From the IMG/VR virus record IMGVR_UViG_3300001199_000001, positions 214,860-278,859 of that record: a stretch of 64,000 nt of DNA. The stretch is one strand, 5' to 3'. Below the pieces are notes generated by a model. It was given only the letters and a program-made list of their open reading frames with translations, made no database searches and was not told where the DNA came from. Positions 47,196-56,423 of this stretch are shown here, piece by piece; position 1 is the first letter of the stretch; every line of letters begins with the position of its first letter. The translations under genes and the position numbers were made by a program. Origin of the DNA: a virus. Taxonomy: Duplodnaviria; Heunggongvirae; Uroviricota; Caudoviricetes.

Positions 47196-47407
47196 TCGCT
47201 CTCCTCATCGCCTTCCTCCTGATCGCCGTCGGTCACTTCTTCCTCTACTTCGCCATGCTGACGCATGATCGCGATTTGCTGTGGCGCGCGCGGGGTTTCA
47301 CGTTGGTAGCGCTGGTTTTCGTGTTTGCGGGAATGATTGTTTTTGTCCATGCCTCCACATTGTTTTACCCGGAGTTAGATAAGCTGTTGAAAGGGTTGTT
47401 GGCCTGA
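47192..47407 (+). CDS. small membrane protein
   Basis: Two TM-like segments. Confidence 0.55.
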   Translation: MIALLIAFLLIAVGHFFLYFAMLTHDRDLLWRARGFTLVALVFVFAGMIVFVHASTLFYPELDKLLKGLLA

Positions 47408-47601
47408 TGGTGGTGTTTGTCTTCTGGTGTATCGGCGGCCTCTGCGTCGTGGTTAGTGTGATGTCCGGCGTTGCGTGCGGCGTGACGCTCACTCAGAACG
47501 GTAAGCATGATGTGACCAGCGTCAACCATCTTCTGCTCGCTTTGGCCGTCGGCAGCTTAGCTGTACTCTGTGGCATGATTACCGGCGTTCAGGGGGGCTG
47601 A
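47407..47601 (+). CDS. small membrane protein
   Basis: Two TM-like segments. Confidence 0.5.
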   Translation: MVVFVFWCIGGLCVVVSVMSGVACGVTLTQNGKHDVTSVNHLLLALAVGSLAVLCGMITGVQGG

Positions 47602-47602
47602 C

Positions 47603-48166
47603 ATGACGACTTGGTACGACCGCTACAACGAGCCGCACCGCCGCTACCACACCCATCAGCATCTCGAAGAGTGTTTGGCGCTGCTGCATGCCGAGAAGAT
47701 CGGCGACCGCTGGCGCCGCATTCTGCGTAAAGCGATCCTCTACCATGACGCCGTCTATGGTCCGCCATCGACCAGCCCGCCGTCGTTCGCGTCGAATGAG
47801 CTTAGGTCGGCGCTGCTGGCCTATGACGAGCTTGACGGCGACTTCAGCGAAGAAGAGCGCGTCGAGATCGCCCGGTTGATCCTGCTGACGGCGGGTCACA
47901 AGGTTGCGAAGGGTGACAGGGTCGGCGCCCTCATGGTGTCGATTGATCTGGCGATCCTGGGCGCCGAGCCTGCCCGCTATCAGGAATATTCCCAGCAGAT
48001 CGCCGAGGAGTATTCAACCGTTCCGGCCGATGTTTACCGGCAAGGGCGTATGGCGTTCCTGCGCGGGATGATCGATGCGCCGGTTATTTACCCGCTGCCG
48101 GAATTCGAGGAGAGGTACGGTGAGCAGGCGCGACAGAACATGAACCGGGAGTTGGCGCTGCTGTGA
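47603..48166 (+). CDS. HD-superfamily phosphohydrolase (COG4339-like)
   Basis: YNEPHRRYHTHQH, YHDAVY, NELRSA, DLAILG. Confidence 0.75.
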   Translation: MTTWYDRYNEPHRRYHTHQHLEECLALLHAEKIGDRWRRILRKAILYHDAVYGPPSTSPPSFASNELRSALLAYDELDGDFSEEERVEIARLILLTAGHKVAKGDRVGALMVSIDLAILGAEPARYQEYSQQIAEEYSTVPADVYRQGRMAFLRGMIDAPVIYPLPEFEERYGEQARQNMNRELALL

Positions 48167-48260
48167 CTGAGGTAGATTAATGGCTGGGCTACGTTGTTGA
48201 ACCTGTTGACATAGCTGGACCGATCTGATAATTTGAAGCCATCAGATCGAGGAGACGTTT

Positions 48261-48797
48261 ATGGGCTGCGACATTCACTGCTACATCGAATATTCGTCCG
48301 AGCCGCAACCCGGAACGACGAACCGCTATTGGTTCAATTTCGGTGGACGGATCAATCCGGGTCGCGACTACGATCTGTTCACCAAGATCGCCGGGGTGCG
48401 CAGCTATGGTGAGACGAAGCAGATGTTCGAGCCGCGCGGTATCCCCGATGATATCGGCTGGGAGACCAAGGGCGATTATCTCCTGCGGGTTGTTGAGGCC
48501 GAGGAAGACTACGTTGATGGGGAGGGGGTGGCGAGCCTCGCCAAAGCTGAGAAATGGGTGGCCAGAGGCATCTCAAGATGGGTCGCGCTGGAGGAACACC
48601 CGCAATATTATGTCACCGGTCCAGACTGGCATTCAGCCACGTGGCTGACGCCCAACGAATGGTGGGCGGTGCTTGAAGCGCCGCGTCCTGCAAGCTGGGG
48701 CGGCATTGACGACGACTATTACGCCATGCTCGCCGCGATGCAGGAATTTCAGAAGCGTGGTAAGCAGGTGCGTGTGGTCATCTGGTTCGACAACTGA
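48261..48797 (+). CDS. conserved phage hypothetical protein (MGCDIH...WFDN)
   Basis: RDYDLFxxIAGVR, PRGIP, HSATWLT, RVVIWFDN. Confidence 0.7.
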   Translation: MGCDIHCYIEYSSEPQPGTTNRYWFNFGGRINPGRDYDLFTKIAGVRSYGETKQMFEPRGIPDDIGWETKGDYLLRVVEAEEDYVDGEGVASLAKAEKWVARGISRWVALEEHPQYYVTGPDWHSATWLTPNEWWAVLEAPRPASWGGIDDDYYAMLAAMQEFQKRGKQVRVVIWFDN

Positions 48798-49016
48798 TGG
48801 AACTCCCGAAACCGCCACCGCATAGACTTCGTGATTCCCTGACCGGCATAAGCTGGAACGCCGATGAGCCGACGCCGCGCGTCGTCGTCTGGGCAGGCCG
48901 CAAGCTAGCCTTCGCGTTTGCGTTCCTGATCGCCAGTGTGACGTTCGTCCTGATCGCCGCTGTGGTTGTCCGGTGACCTGTTGACATCCAGCCCAACCTA
49001 GTTAAGCTGTCAACAC

Positions 49017-49490
49017 TTGTGCTTCCCGCAATTCAGGATCGGTGACATGTACGACGGTGAAATCCAGAACCACGTTCTCCCGGCGTTCACCGGTAAGCTT
49101 GAAGCGCTTGATCGGACGATTGCGCTGATCGAGAAGACGCCTGATCGCTACTTCGACATCAGCAACTGGATGCTGGATGAGTACTGGTGCGCCATAAGTT
49201 ACGTTCCAGCCGCTAAAGAAGGTTGCGGCACGGTGGCCTGCATCGCCGGATGGACTGTCACGGCTAACTACGATCAGGATCGTTCAGGACAACCCGTCTG
49301 CGTTGCGGCTGAAGATATCCTGGGCCTGAGCGATATCGCCGCTGATAATTTGTTCATGCCCGCCGACATGGCTGAGCCGGATTCCGTCACTAGGGCTCGC
49401 GCGCTCGCGGTCCTGCGTCACCTTCGCCAGACCAATGAAGTGGAGTGGGACAGGTTCGATCTGGACGGCTCAGAGCTTGTCGACACCTAA
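49017..49490 (+). CDS. phage hypothetical protein
   Basis: CGTVACIAGW motif; start uncertain. Confidence 0.6.
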   Translation: MCFPQFRIGDMYDGEIQNHVLPAFTGKLEALDRTIALIEKTPDRYFDISNWMLDEYWCAISYVPAAKEGCGTVACIAGWTVTANYDQDRSGQPVCVAAEDILGLSDIAADNLFMPADMAEPDSVTRARALAVLRHLRQTNEVEWDRFDLDGSELVDT

Positions 49491-49492
49491 AT

Positions 49493-49801
49493 ATGGACGA
49501 CATCCTTACCTATGACGAGAAGGCTTTGATCCGCCATACGATAGGGCTGGATCGCTCGGATATCGCCTATCGCAACCACTTCGCCGCCAGTGAAGGCCAT
49601 GCCGATCTGCCCCTTTTAGACGGCCTTGTCGCACGCGGTTTGATGGTCCGCGAGACGGCGGCGTATACACCGGGCTTCACCTATCGGGTTACGGCGGCGG
49701 GCAAGACCGCGTTGAGCGGCCCGCCTGTGTCCTATGGTGATGGCAAGAAGGGCAAGTACGGGCCGACGTGGGCGCATGACGTACGCGAGCCGGAATGGTG
49801 A
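49493..49801 (+). CDS. hypothetical protein (winged-helix-like)
   Basis: YRNHF...LVARGLM...YRVTAAG. Confidence 0.55.
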   Translation: MDDILTYDEKALIRHTIGLDRSDIAYRNHFAASEGHADLPLLDGLVARGLMVRETAAYTPGFTYRVTAAGKTALSGPPVSYGDGKKGKYGPTWAHDVREPEW

Positions 49802-50099
49802 AGTTTATCAAGTTATAGCGACTTATCGCTATAACCCGATAAACCCCATTATCCTAGGCGGTGACCCACCGCAGGTCGCCGCTATCCGCGCCGCAGGCGC
49901 ATGCGTCGACAAGAAATGTGTTGACACCAAACCTAAGTTATGCTGTGATTGACACTTCGGATTGTTCGTAAACGTTCCCGGCCCCTGTTGAGCCAAGCTC
50001 CTCGCGCCCGTTCTGTGACGAACCCGGTTTTCAAATCCTTCCTTAAATCACACTCGAAGTGCGTCTATATACGCATTCGACTTTCCGTGGAAAATCAAG

Positions 50100-50654
50100 A
50101 TGTCCGTAATCGCCAAACTCTCCATCCGCAACATCGCCGAGTTCGGTACCGGCTCGCTTGTCGAGCTTGAATGCTACTGCTCCAACGACATGATGGCGGC
50201 CTATGCCGAGACCGAGGAAAACCGCCTCTTCACCAAGTACAGCCCATGGGGGTCGATGAAACTCAACCTCTCCTCCGGCTGGTCGCTCGGCGAGGTCGGC
50301 GATATCTTCTATGTGATGATGCTGAACAAGGACGAGATCGAGCCGGAACGCCTGACGGCGCCGTCAACCGGTTTCTCCAACAGCGGCGTCTTTCCGTCCG
50401 CCTCGATCTACACCAAGACCCTCTGCTACAGCCTGACCAGTTTCGGCGGCGACTCGAAGAACGTCGAGTTTCGCACCGCGACCGGCGAAGGGCGCGGCGT
50501 CGATAAGCTTAACTGTAAGATGGCGGTCGACAATCCTGGCGCCACCGATCAGTTCCGCCCCGGCGAGGTCTGCTGGCTGGCCTTCTATCCGGAAAAGAAG
50601 TTCGACCGGGATGCGGCGATCCGGGCTGCTCACTCGGCTGTCGTAAACTCTTGA
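50100..50654 (+). CDS. hypothetical protein with internal duplication
   Basis: 184 aa; ENRLFTKYSPWG...DNPGATDQF. Confidence 0.65.
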   Translation: MSVIAKLSIRNIAEFGTGSLVELECYCSNDMMAAYAETEENRLFTKYSPWGSMKLNLSSGWSLGEVGDIFYVMMLNKDEIEPERLTAPSTGFSNSGVFPSASIYTKTLCYSLTSFGGDSKNVEFRTATGEGRGVDKLNCKMAVDNPGATDQFRPGEVCWLAFYPEKKFDRDAAIRAAHSAVVNS

Positions 50655-50716
50655 ACCATCGCCAGCGTTTGTGTTAATCTTTCCTTGCCTCTCCTGCCGA
50701 GGATTGGTTGCGAGCT

Positions 50717-50752
50717 TAAACACCCCTGTCGTTCGCGGCGGGGGTGTTTTTG
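50717..50752 (+). terminator. intrinsic terminator
   Basis: AAACACCCCTGTCG-TTCG-CGGCGGGGGTGTTTTT. Confidence 0.7.
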
Positions 50753-50836
50753 TTGTCCGGACCGCCGCGACCTAATATATCCTGTTGACACTCCCAGTTG
50801 GCCGTGATAATCTTAGGGCTACCTGGGAGGAACCTC

Positions 50837-51391
50837 TTGCAAACCGACGCCGAATATAAAGCCGCCCTCGACGCGCACGAAGCGCAAGTCAGCAAGGTCC
50901 GAGAGGAACAGGCCGTCATCAAGGCGCGCTATGAACGCCTTCAGGCTGAGATCGCCGAGGCCAAGCGCGAAGCCGCCAAACGTATTCAAGACGAATACGC
51001 CGAGCAAACCGCCGCCGCGCAGGCTGAGTTTCGCGCCGCCCATGACGCTCTGCGTGCTGTCGAGGACCAGACCCCGAAACATCCATGGGAAGGACGCAAG
51101 GTCTACCGGCTGGAAGATACCGCGCGCAGCCGGTTAAGCCGCACGAAGGTGCCGCAGTACAAACGAATCGACGGCGTCGTTGAGACGGTGACCAGTGCAA
51201 CAGTCTTTCCCGGCAATACGGCGTACTACAACAAACCGAGGCGCGGTTCGATCATCGTTCGCCTGCTGAAGGGCGACGGCACGCCGGGCGTGAAATTCGA
51301 GCGGTTTCATCATAACCACGCGAAATGGGAGCTTGCCGATTTCAACGGTCTCGCAAAACCGACCATCGTTTTTTCTGGGCCGCGTCGATGA
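50837..51391 (+). CDS. hypothetical coiled-coil protein
   Basis: TTG start after GGGAGG; promoter at ~50785. Confidence 0.6.
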   Translation: MQTDAEYKAALDAHEAQVSKVREEQAVIKARYERLQAEIAEAKREAAKRIQDEYAEQTAAAQAEFRAAHDALRAVEDQTPKHPWEGRKVYRLEDTARSRLSRTKVPQYKRIDGVVETVTSATVFPGNTAYYNKPRRGSIIVRLLKGDGTPGVKFERFHHNHAKWELADFNGLAKPTIVFSGPRR

Positions 51392-51609
51392 TCAGCCTAT
51401 CCGAACTTCGTCGCCTGCAAAACGCGCTTGAACGCTTCGAGCGCAAGATCGATGAAGCTTACCCCGGCTATCTGAAAAGCGCTGATACCGGAGTCAGCCA
51501 CGATATGTCGGAAACGGTCAGGAACGCACTGACGGCGCTAGCCCACGTTCCCGGCTGGATCGGGTTTCGTCAGCATAATCATCGTGATCCGGGGAGCCAT
51601 GAGAGATAA
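51388..51609 (+). CDS. hypothetical protein
   Basis: ATGA-coupled. Confidence 0.5.
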   Translation: MISLSELRRLQNALERFERKIDEAYPGYLKSADTGVSHDMSETVRNALTALAHVPGWIGFRQHNHRDPGSHER

Positions 51610-52019
51610 ATGTTCTGGACGATCATCGGTTTGAACCTGTGGTTCATGTTCTACAACATGCACCACTGCTACGCCGCCGCCGAGAGCGAACCGGCGAAGT
51701 GGGCCTTCCATCTGGTCTTCGTGTGGCTGCACGCCATCTGGATTCTGGTGCTCTGCCTGCTTGAGCGCCAGTCGCAACGGTAGCGATAACCTCTTTGATC
51801 CACGTTAACGGCGGTCGCAACGCTAGCCTACGCTTAACTGCTGTCCCCCGCCCTCAGAGTTGGCCGTAGGCGGGCGTAATCGATTTTTTGGTAGGCAGGT
51901 AGCTAAACCATTCCGAGGGGCTGTACGAGGCTGTAGGAGGATAACGGTGTTATCTGAAACTCCCCGGCCACGCACCGAAGGTCACGGGTTCCGCGCCGCA
52001 GGCGTACGCATATCGCTAT

Positions 52020-52556
52020 TCATTTGATGATCATGACGGCGGATAGGATTCCTGCCAGAGCTATTGCTAGCATGACGAACAAACAAGCGACCTCGGGGCT
52101 GAGGAATCTTATCTTAAGAGCGTCCGCCTGATGGTGCGCCATGTTAGGAAATATCGTCGGCGCTGCGCTTGCTCCGGTCAGGATCGTCGGGATCGGTGCG
52201 ACGGACCGGCGCTGTCTCTCAAGCTCGGCCAACGTTTCGGGGCTTGGTTCTAGCCGAAGCCCCGCCGCCTTGGCCTCAGTCCCGGTGAGTTGAACGGTGG
52301 CAGTGTCGTGGCTGCCGGGGGCAGGGGGGCGCTGGTATTTAGGAGGGGCCTCGTCAAAGGCAGCGTTCAACTCAGCCACCATCTCTAGGTGCGCGCGCTT
52401 CCAGTATTCTACGGAAAGCGCGGCGATCTGCGAGGCGTAGAAGTCGTGAGCGCGGGCGAGTTCGGCGCGGATATAGTCCTGCCACCATTCGACGTTGCCG
52501 CCGCCGTAGTCGTTCAGCAGGCCAGCGTCGTAAGCTTCTAGATCAGGCTCGCTCAT
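52020..52556 (-). CDS. hypothetical protein with C-terminal TM helix
   Basis: 178 aa; ATGA-coupled to 52553-53104. Confidence 0.6.
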   Translation of the reverse strand: MSEPDLEAYDAGLLNDYGGGNVEWWQDYIRAELARAHDFYASQIAALSVEYWKRAHLEMVAELNAAFDEAPPKYQRPPAPGSHDTATVQLTGTEAKAAGLRLEPSPETLAELERQRRSVAPIPTILTGASAAPTIFPNMAHHQADALKIRFLSPEVACLFVMLAIALAGILSAVMIIK

Positions 52557-53104
52557 GATTTTTCCGTCTCCTGAAGGGCGCGGAGGAGGGCGAGACAGAG
52601 GGCTAGGGCGGGCGTCTTGCTGTAGCTGTTCTCCCCGTCGTCAATCGCCGCACCGTAGAATTCATCAACGGTCTTCGGGAACGAGACCCAGGTCATCCAC
52701 GCCTTGCCCGGCAACATCCTCTCACAGAGCGCAACGGCGGCTTCGAGGGAGGCGGTGTAGGACGGATGAGCGCCATAAGAGCCGACGCCTTCGATCCCAT
52801 TCAGGCAATGGAGTTCCCAGTCGAGGCCCCGGTCGCCCTCCGTCGCTATTTCGACCCGGCTTATTAAGTCAGAGAGGCGGGAAGCGTTTTTCCTAGCGAC
52901 GGCGACCAGCCGGGCGACATCATCCTTGTTCAAGGCATAGATGCCGTCCGACGCGTAAAGCGAGGTCCCCGGCACGCGGGCAAGGTTCGCCGCAATTTCG
53001 TCCAACTCGGCGGCGGTGAAGGACTTGGAGTCGGGCTTGGATTCGGTGGGTTGGGTCGGCGGCGGCGGCGGCGGCGCAGGGACAGGGCAATAAGGTGAGG
53101 GCAT
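52553..53104 (-). CDS. phage ABA-sandwich-like protein (leaderless)
   Basis: SYTASLEAAVAL...TPALALCLALLRA; TTGCCA-17-TAGCTT lies 6 nt upstream of the ATG. Confidence 0.55.
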   Translation of the reverse strand: MPSPYCPVPAPPPPPPTQPTESKPDSKSFTAAELDEIAANLARVPGTSLYASDGIYALNKDDVARLVAVARKNASRLSDLISRVEIATEGDRGLDWELHCLNGIEGVGSYGAHPSYTASLEAAVALCERMLPGKAWMTWVSFPKTVDEFYGAAIDDGENSYSKTPALALCLALLRALQETEKS

Positions 53105-53309
53105 GGCGCCAAGCTAGCAGGACCGGCGGCGGCTGGCAATGTGTTGACGGGTGGATTTAGGATTGCCCGGAGGGCGCCCCACCCTGATTTAGAATCAGGG
53201 TCGTTGATGGGCAGGCTGCGCGGCTGGCTTGCGGGAGGGGGGCGCTGCGGGAGGGGGCGGAGTGTAGGCTGCGGTGTTGTGATGGCTGTGATGCTGCGTA
53301 GCTCAGAGC

Positions 53310-53620
53310 CACGTAGTGGTGATGTCTGCTTGTGGTGATGTCGGGTAGGGTGGTGCCTGCTTGCGGTGATACCGGGTAGTGGTGATGTCGGCCTGTCGTT
53401 ATGGCTGGTAGGCTGTGATGGCGCCGTGACTCGTTGGCTGTGACGCTGTGACGACCGCTTGGAATCCAGACTCGTTGATGACTACGCCACCGAAGGTTAT
53501 CCCGACTCAGTGATTGACTACGCTACCGAAGGTTATCCCGATTCATAAACCCCGACTCGGTGATAACCTCGACTCCTCGACCCCTTGAAACCTACGCTAC
53601 CTACGCTACCGAAGGTCAAC
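53310..53620. repeat. short degenerate direct repeats
   Basis: GTGGTGATGTC-type units, then CTACGC(C/T)ACCGAAGGT x3. Confidence 0.6.
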
Positions 53621-53712
53621 CGCGTCCGCCCGGAGGGCGGAGAAGGGGATGGCCTCGGTTTAACCGATAGCGACTGACCGGAGGTCTGTCGGCAACGCTA
53701 TGGCGTGAAAAG

Positions 53713-54270
53713 ACAAAATATGTTGGATTTGTCTTAACTCCGGGAGATATCTCGGCTCCTCTCCCTGGCGAAAATAACAAAATATGTTGGATTTGTCTTA
53801 AAACCGTCCTGAGAACGAAAGCCTCTCAGCCCCTTCCCTTTAGCCAGAAAAAACAATTTATGTTGGATTTGTCTTAAACCTAACGAGAACGAAAACTCAC
53901 TCAGCCCCTTTCCCTATAGAGAAAAAAAAACAAAATATGTTGGATTTGTCTTATTATATATAAGATTCTATACCCCCTACGCGAAAAAATTTAAAGATTA
54001 TATAATATATTCATATACATATAGGGAAACTACCTATTATTAAGACAAATCCAACATATATTGTTTTTTTTCTATAAGAGAAAGGGCCGGGCGGCTTTCT
54101 CGGATTCCGTGATTAAGACAAATCCAACATAAATTGTTTTTTTTCTGGCTATAGAGAAGGCGGTGGGGCCTGTTGCTGTAGTTAAGACAAATCCAACATA
54201 AATTGTTTTTCTGGCTATAGAGAAGGCGCTGGGCCTCTTCTCGGGCTAAGACTAATCCAACATAAATTGT
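53713..54270. repeat. 4+4 inverted 25-bp iteron-like array around an AT-rich core; putative replication origin
   Basis: ACAAWWTATGTTGGATTTGTCTTA(A) at 53713, 53777, 53853, 53930; reverse copies at 54040, 54113, 54182, 54246. Confidence 0.85.
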
Positions 54271-54459
54271 CTTTTTGCGCCTAAGGGAGGGTGGCGGGTC
54301 AAGATCATCGGCGGGACGCTGCGCGCTTCATCGAATTCCAGGGCTCAGCCTGTAGAGACATCACCTCTCGCGGTGTTAGTCACATTGACACGATGTTTGA
54401 TTCGTTGACATTTATAAGTTTGTGTGAGAGTAGTTATGGCATCGTAACGCAAGTGTACC

Positions 54460-55011
54460 ATGCCAACAGCAGTATTAAGCCCTATTCCTGAGCAAGACCC
54501 TCGACCAAACGTGTCGAATATTGAAGTCATTGCTCGGGCTATTGAAGAGGTTTCCGACGATCTCGTTGCATGGGTGCATCAGAACGTCAACTCGAAAGCC
54601 TCGTCACTGAATATCGAGGCGGTGGTTATCGCCTGCATCCGCGAATCCGAGCTTGACGCGTTTAAGACCGGCGTGAAACTCCAGACGGCTATGGGATGGT
54701 CGACGGACATCGCCTTGGTTCGCATCATCGACCGGGCGATGACCTACCTTGAAATGTACTCCCGCCTGATGACGGCGGAATGGGCGTTCAAGAACTCTAT
54801 CCGGTTCCCCGCCAAAGAAGGTGACAAGATCACATGGGTCTCGTCGTCAGGACGCAGCCGCACCGGTACGGTCATCGCTGTAAACGGCGCAAGCGCCTTT
54901 GGGCTTGTTAATCCCCGCTGGGGCGGCGTCGTCCGCGTCCTAGCTGAAGAGGTCACGAGCAATGAGACCCAAGGACGGAGGGCGGGATATCCCGTCAAGA
55001 AGAAATCATGA
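54460..55011 (+). CDS. hypothetical protein
   Basis: 183 aa; first gene of the terminase operon. Confidence 0.65.
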   Translation: MPTAVLSPIPEQDPRPNVSNIEVIARAIEEVSDDLVAWVHQNVNSKASSLNIEAVVIACIRESELDAFKTGVKLQTAMGWSTDIALVRIIDRAMTYLEMYSRLMTAEWAFKNSIRFPAKEGDKITWVSSSGRSRTGTVIAVNGASAFGLVNPRWGGVVRVLAEEVTSNETQGRRAGYPVKKKS

Positions 55012-55520
55012 GAGTGCTCGGTATAGACCCTGGTCTAAAAGGCGCCGTTGCGTGCATCGACACAACTGATTGGACCTTATCAATTCTGGACATGCCGCTT
55101 GAGGCTGCTGCCAAGGGCAAGAACGCTGTCTCGGCAAAAGGCGTGATCGACGCAGTGCGTCTTGCTCGTCCTGACCATGCCGTAGTGGAGCTTGTGCACT
55201 CCTCACCACAAATGGGCACGACTTCAGCCTATAATTTCGGTGAAGGTTATGGCGTCGTTAGGACTGCAATTCTGGCTCATGACGTTTCTTTGTGGCTGGT
55301 GCGCCCAACGGATTGGAAGGGGGCGATGAAATGTCCCAAAGACAAGAAGCAAGCGACGACGCGCGCCTCTCAACTATTTCCGAGCGCACATTCCCTGTTC
55401 TACGGCCCACGCGGCGGAGCCTTCGACGGCAGGGCTGAAGCCTCGATGTTAGCATTATACGGTTGCCTGCTCCTTAAGATCACCCCGACCTCAACCATAA
55501 AAATCTGCGAGTGGTCATGA
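55008..55520 (+). CDS. RuvC-like Holliday junction resolvase
   Basis: VLGIDPG, VVE, FGEGYG, PTDWK, DGRAEA. Confidence 0.8.
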   Translation: MRVLGIDPGLKGAVACIDTTDWTLSILDMPLEAAAKGKNAVSAKGVIDAVRLARPDHAVVELVHSSPQMGTTSAYNFGEGYGVVRTAILAHDVSLWLVRPTDWKGAMKCPKDKKQATTRASQLFPSAHSLFYGPRGGAFDGRAEASMLALYGCLLLKITPTSTIKICEWS

Positions 55521-55765
55521 GTCACTTTAAGTACACCTCATCGCCGAGAACCAAGACCCGCCCAAGAATGGACGATGACGATCTCTGGTATGGCGGCGGG
55601 GCCACTAGCATTGATGTGATCGTCGATGATTACGAGGAGGACTTGTTCATGGAAACAGGACTGCTCGATCAGTACGGCAGTCCCATCCTCCGACACCACG
55701 TCCCTCCTCAGAAGGGACCCGTTGGTTTTCATCTGCCCGGTCAAAACGAGCATCATGATGACTGA
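55517..55765 (+). CDS. hypothetical protein
   Basis: ATGA-coupled; TGLLDQYG...PVGF. Confidence 0.55.
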   Translation: MSHFKYTSSPRTKTRPRMDDDDLWYGGGATSIDVIVDDYEEDLFMETGLLDQYGSPILRHHVPPQKGPVGFHLPGQNEHHDD

Positions 55766-55997
55766 CAAAAAGAAACCCGGCAAAGCTCAGCCTAAACTAA
55801 GTAAGGCTAAGCTTAAATCACTGGATGCTGAGTATATCCCGCATGTTCGGGAGGCTTGGGAATCCTATCACAGTACTCTGGAAATGCTTCTAGAGCAAAA
55901 CGCAGATGAAGAAGAGATCGAGGAAGTACGTGACTTTGCAACGTACTACTATGAAAGTTATCTCGACCTACTCATCGGAACACGGAAGAAAGTTTGA
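55755..55997 (+). CDS. hypothetical protein
   Basis: Overlapping, co-oriented ORF. Confidence 0.5.
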   Translation: MMTDKKKPGKAQPKLSKAKLKSLDAEYIPHVREAWESYHSTLEMLLEQNADEEEIEEVRDFATYYYESYLDLLIGTRKKV

Positions 55998-55999
55998 CT

Positions 56000-56422
56000 A
56001 TGGCTAGACTAGAACTTGAACGTAACGAGATTTATGCAAACATGCGCGCTAAGGGTATGATCCCTGCCAAGGCATCAATCGCTGCTGGCTACCCTGCGGG
56101 CTCTCCTGTCTATCTGGAGCTTGAGACCGATCTCGCCGTCTTGCGGCGGATCGAAGACCTCAGGAGTGAATTCGAAGAGCTTCGCCGGGCGCAGGAAAAT
56201 GAAACCGGCTTGCAGGAGGGTGAGGGCGAAGGTGCTGATCTTCTTGCTAATTTGAAGGAAGTTGTCGCTCAGGCTGAGTGGTTTTATGTGGATCGCCTAA
56301 AAACGGTACATCTCCGGTCGTCCACCTCTTCAGCAGTTCCTTACTCTGTCTCGGCCGCACGCGATAACGCCGTGCGTCTTTACACCGCTTACCTCGAAGC
56401 GCTGGCGCTGCGGGAGTTCTAA
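56000..56422 (+). CDS. terminase small subunit-like paralog (HTH N-terminus)
   Basis: RNEIYANMRAKGMIPAKASIAAGY, closely similar to the N-terminus of the next gene. Confidence 0.55.
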   Translation: MARLELERNEIYANMRAKGMIPAKASIAAGYPAGSPVYLELETDLAVLRRIEDLRSEFEELRRAQENETGLQEGEGEGADLLANLKEVVAQAEWFYVDRLKTVHLRSSTSSAVPYSVSAARDNAVRLYTAYLEALALREF

Positions 56423-56423
56423 G

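Noticed and set aside
53040-53104. Poly-proline (GGC)n tract as a separate repeat element
   Set aside because: It is a short low-complexity N-terminus of the 52553-53104 ORF with no further structure.
53713-54270. CRISPR array (25-bp repeats with 40-50-bp spacers)
   Set aside because: Half the repeats are inverted, spacers resemble one another, and no cas gene is recognisable in the window.
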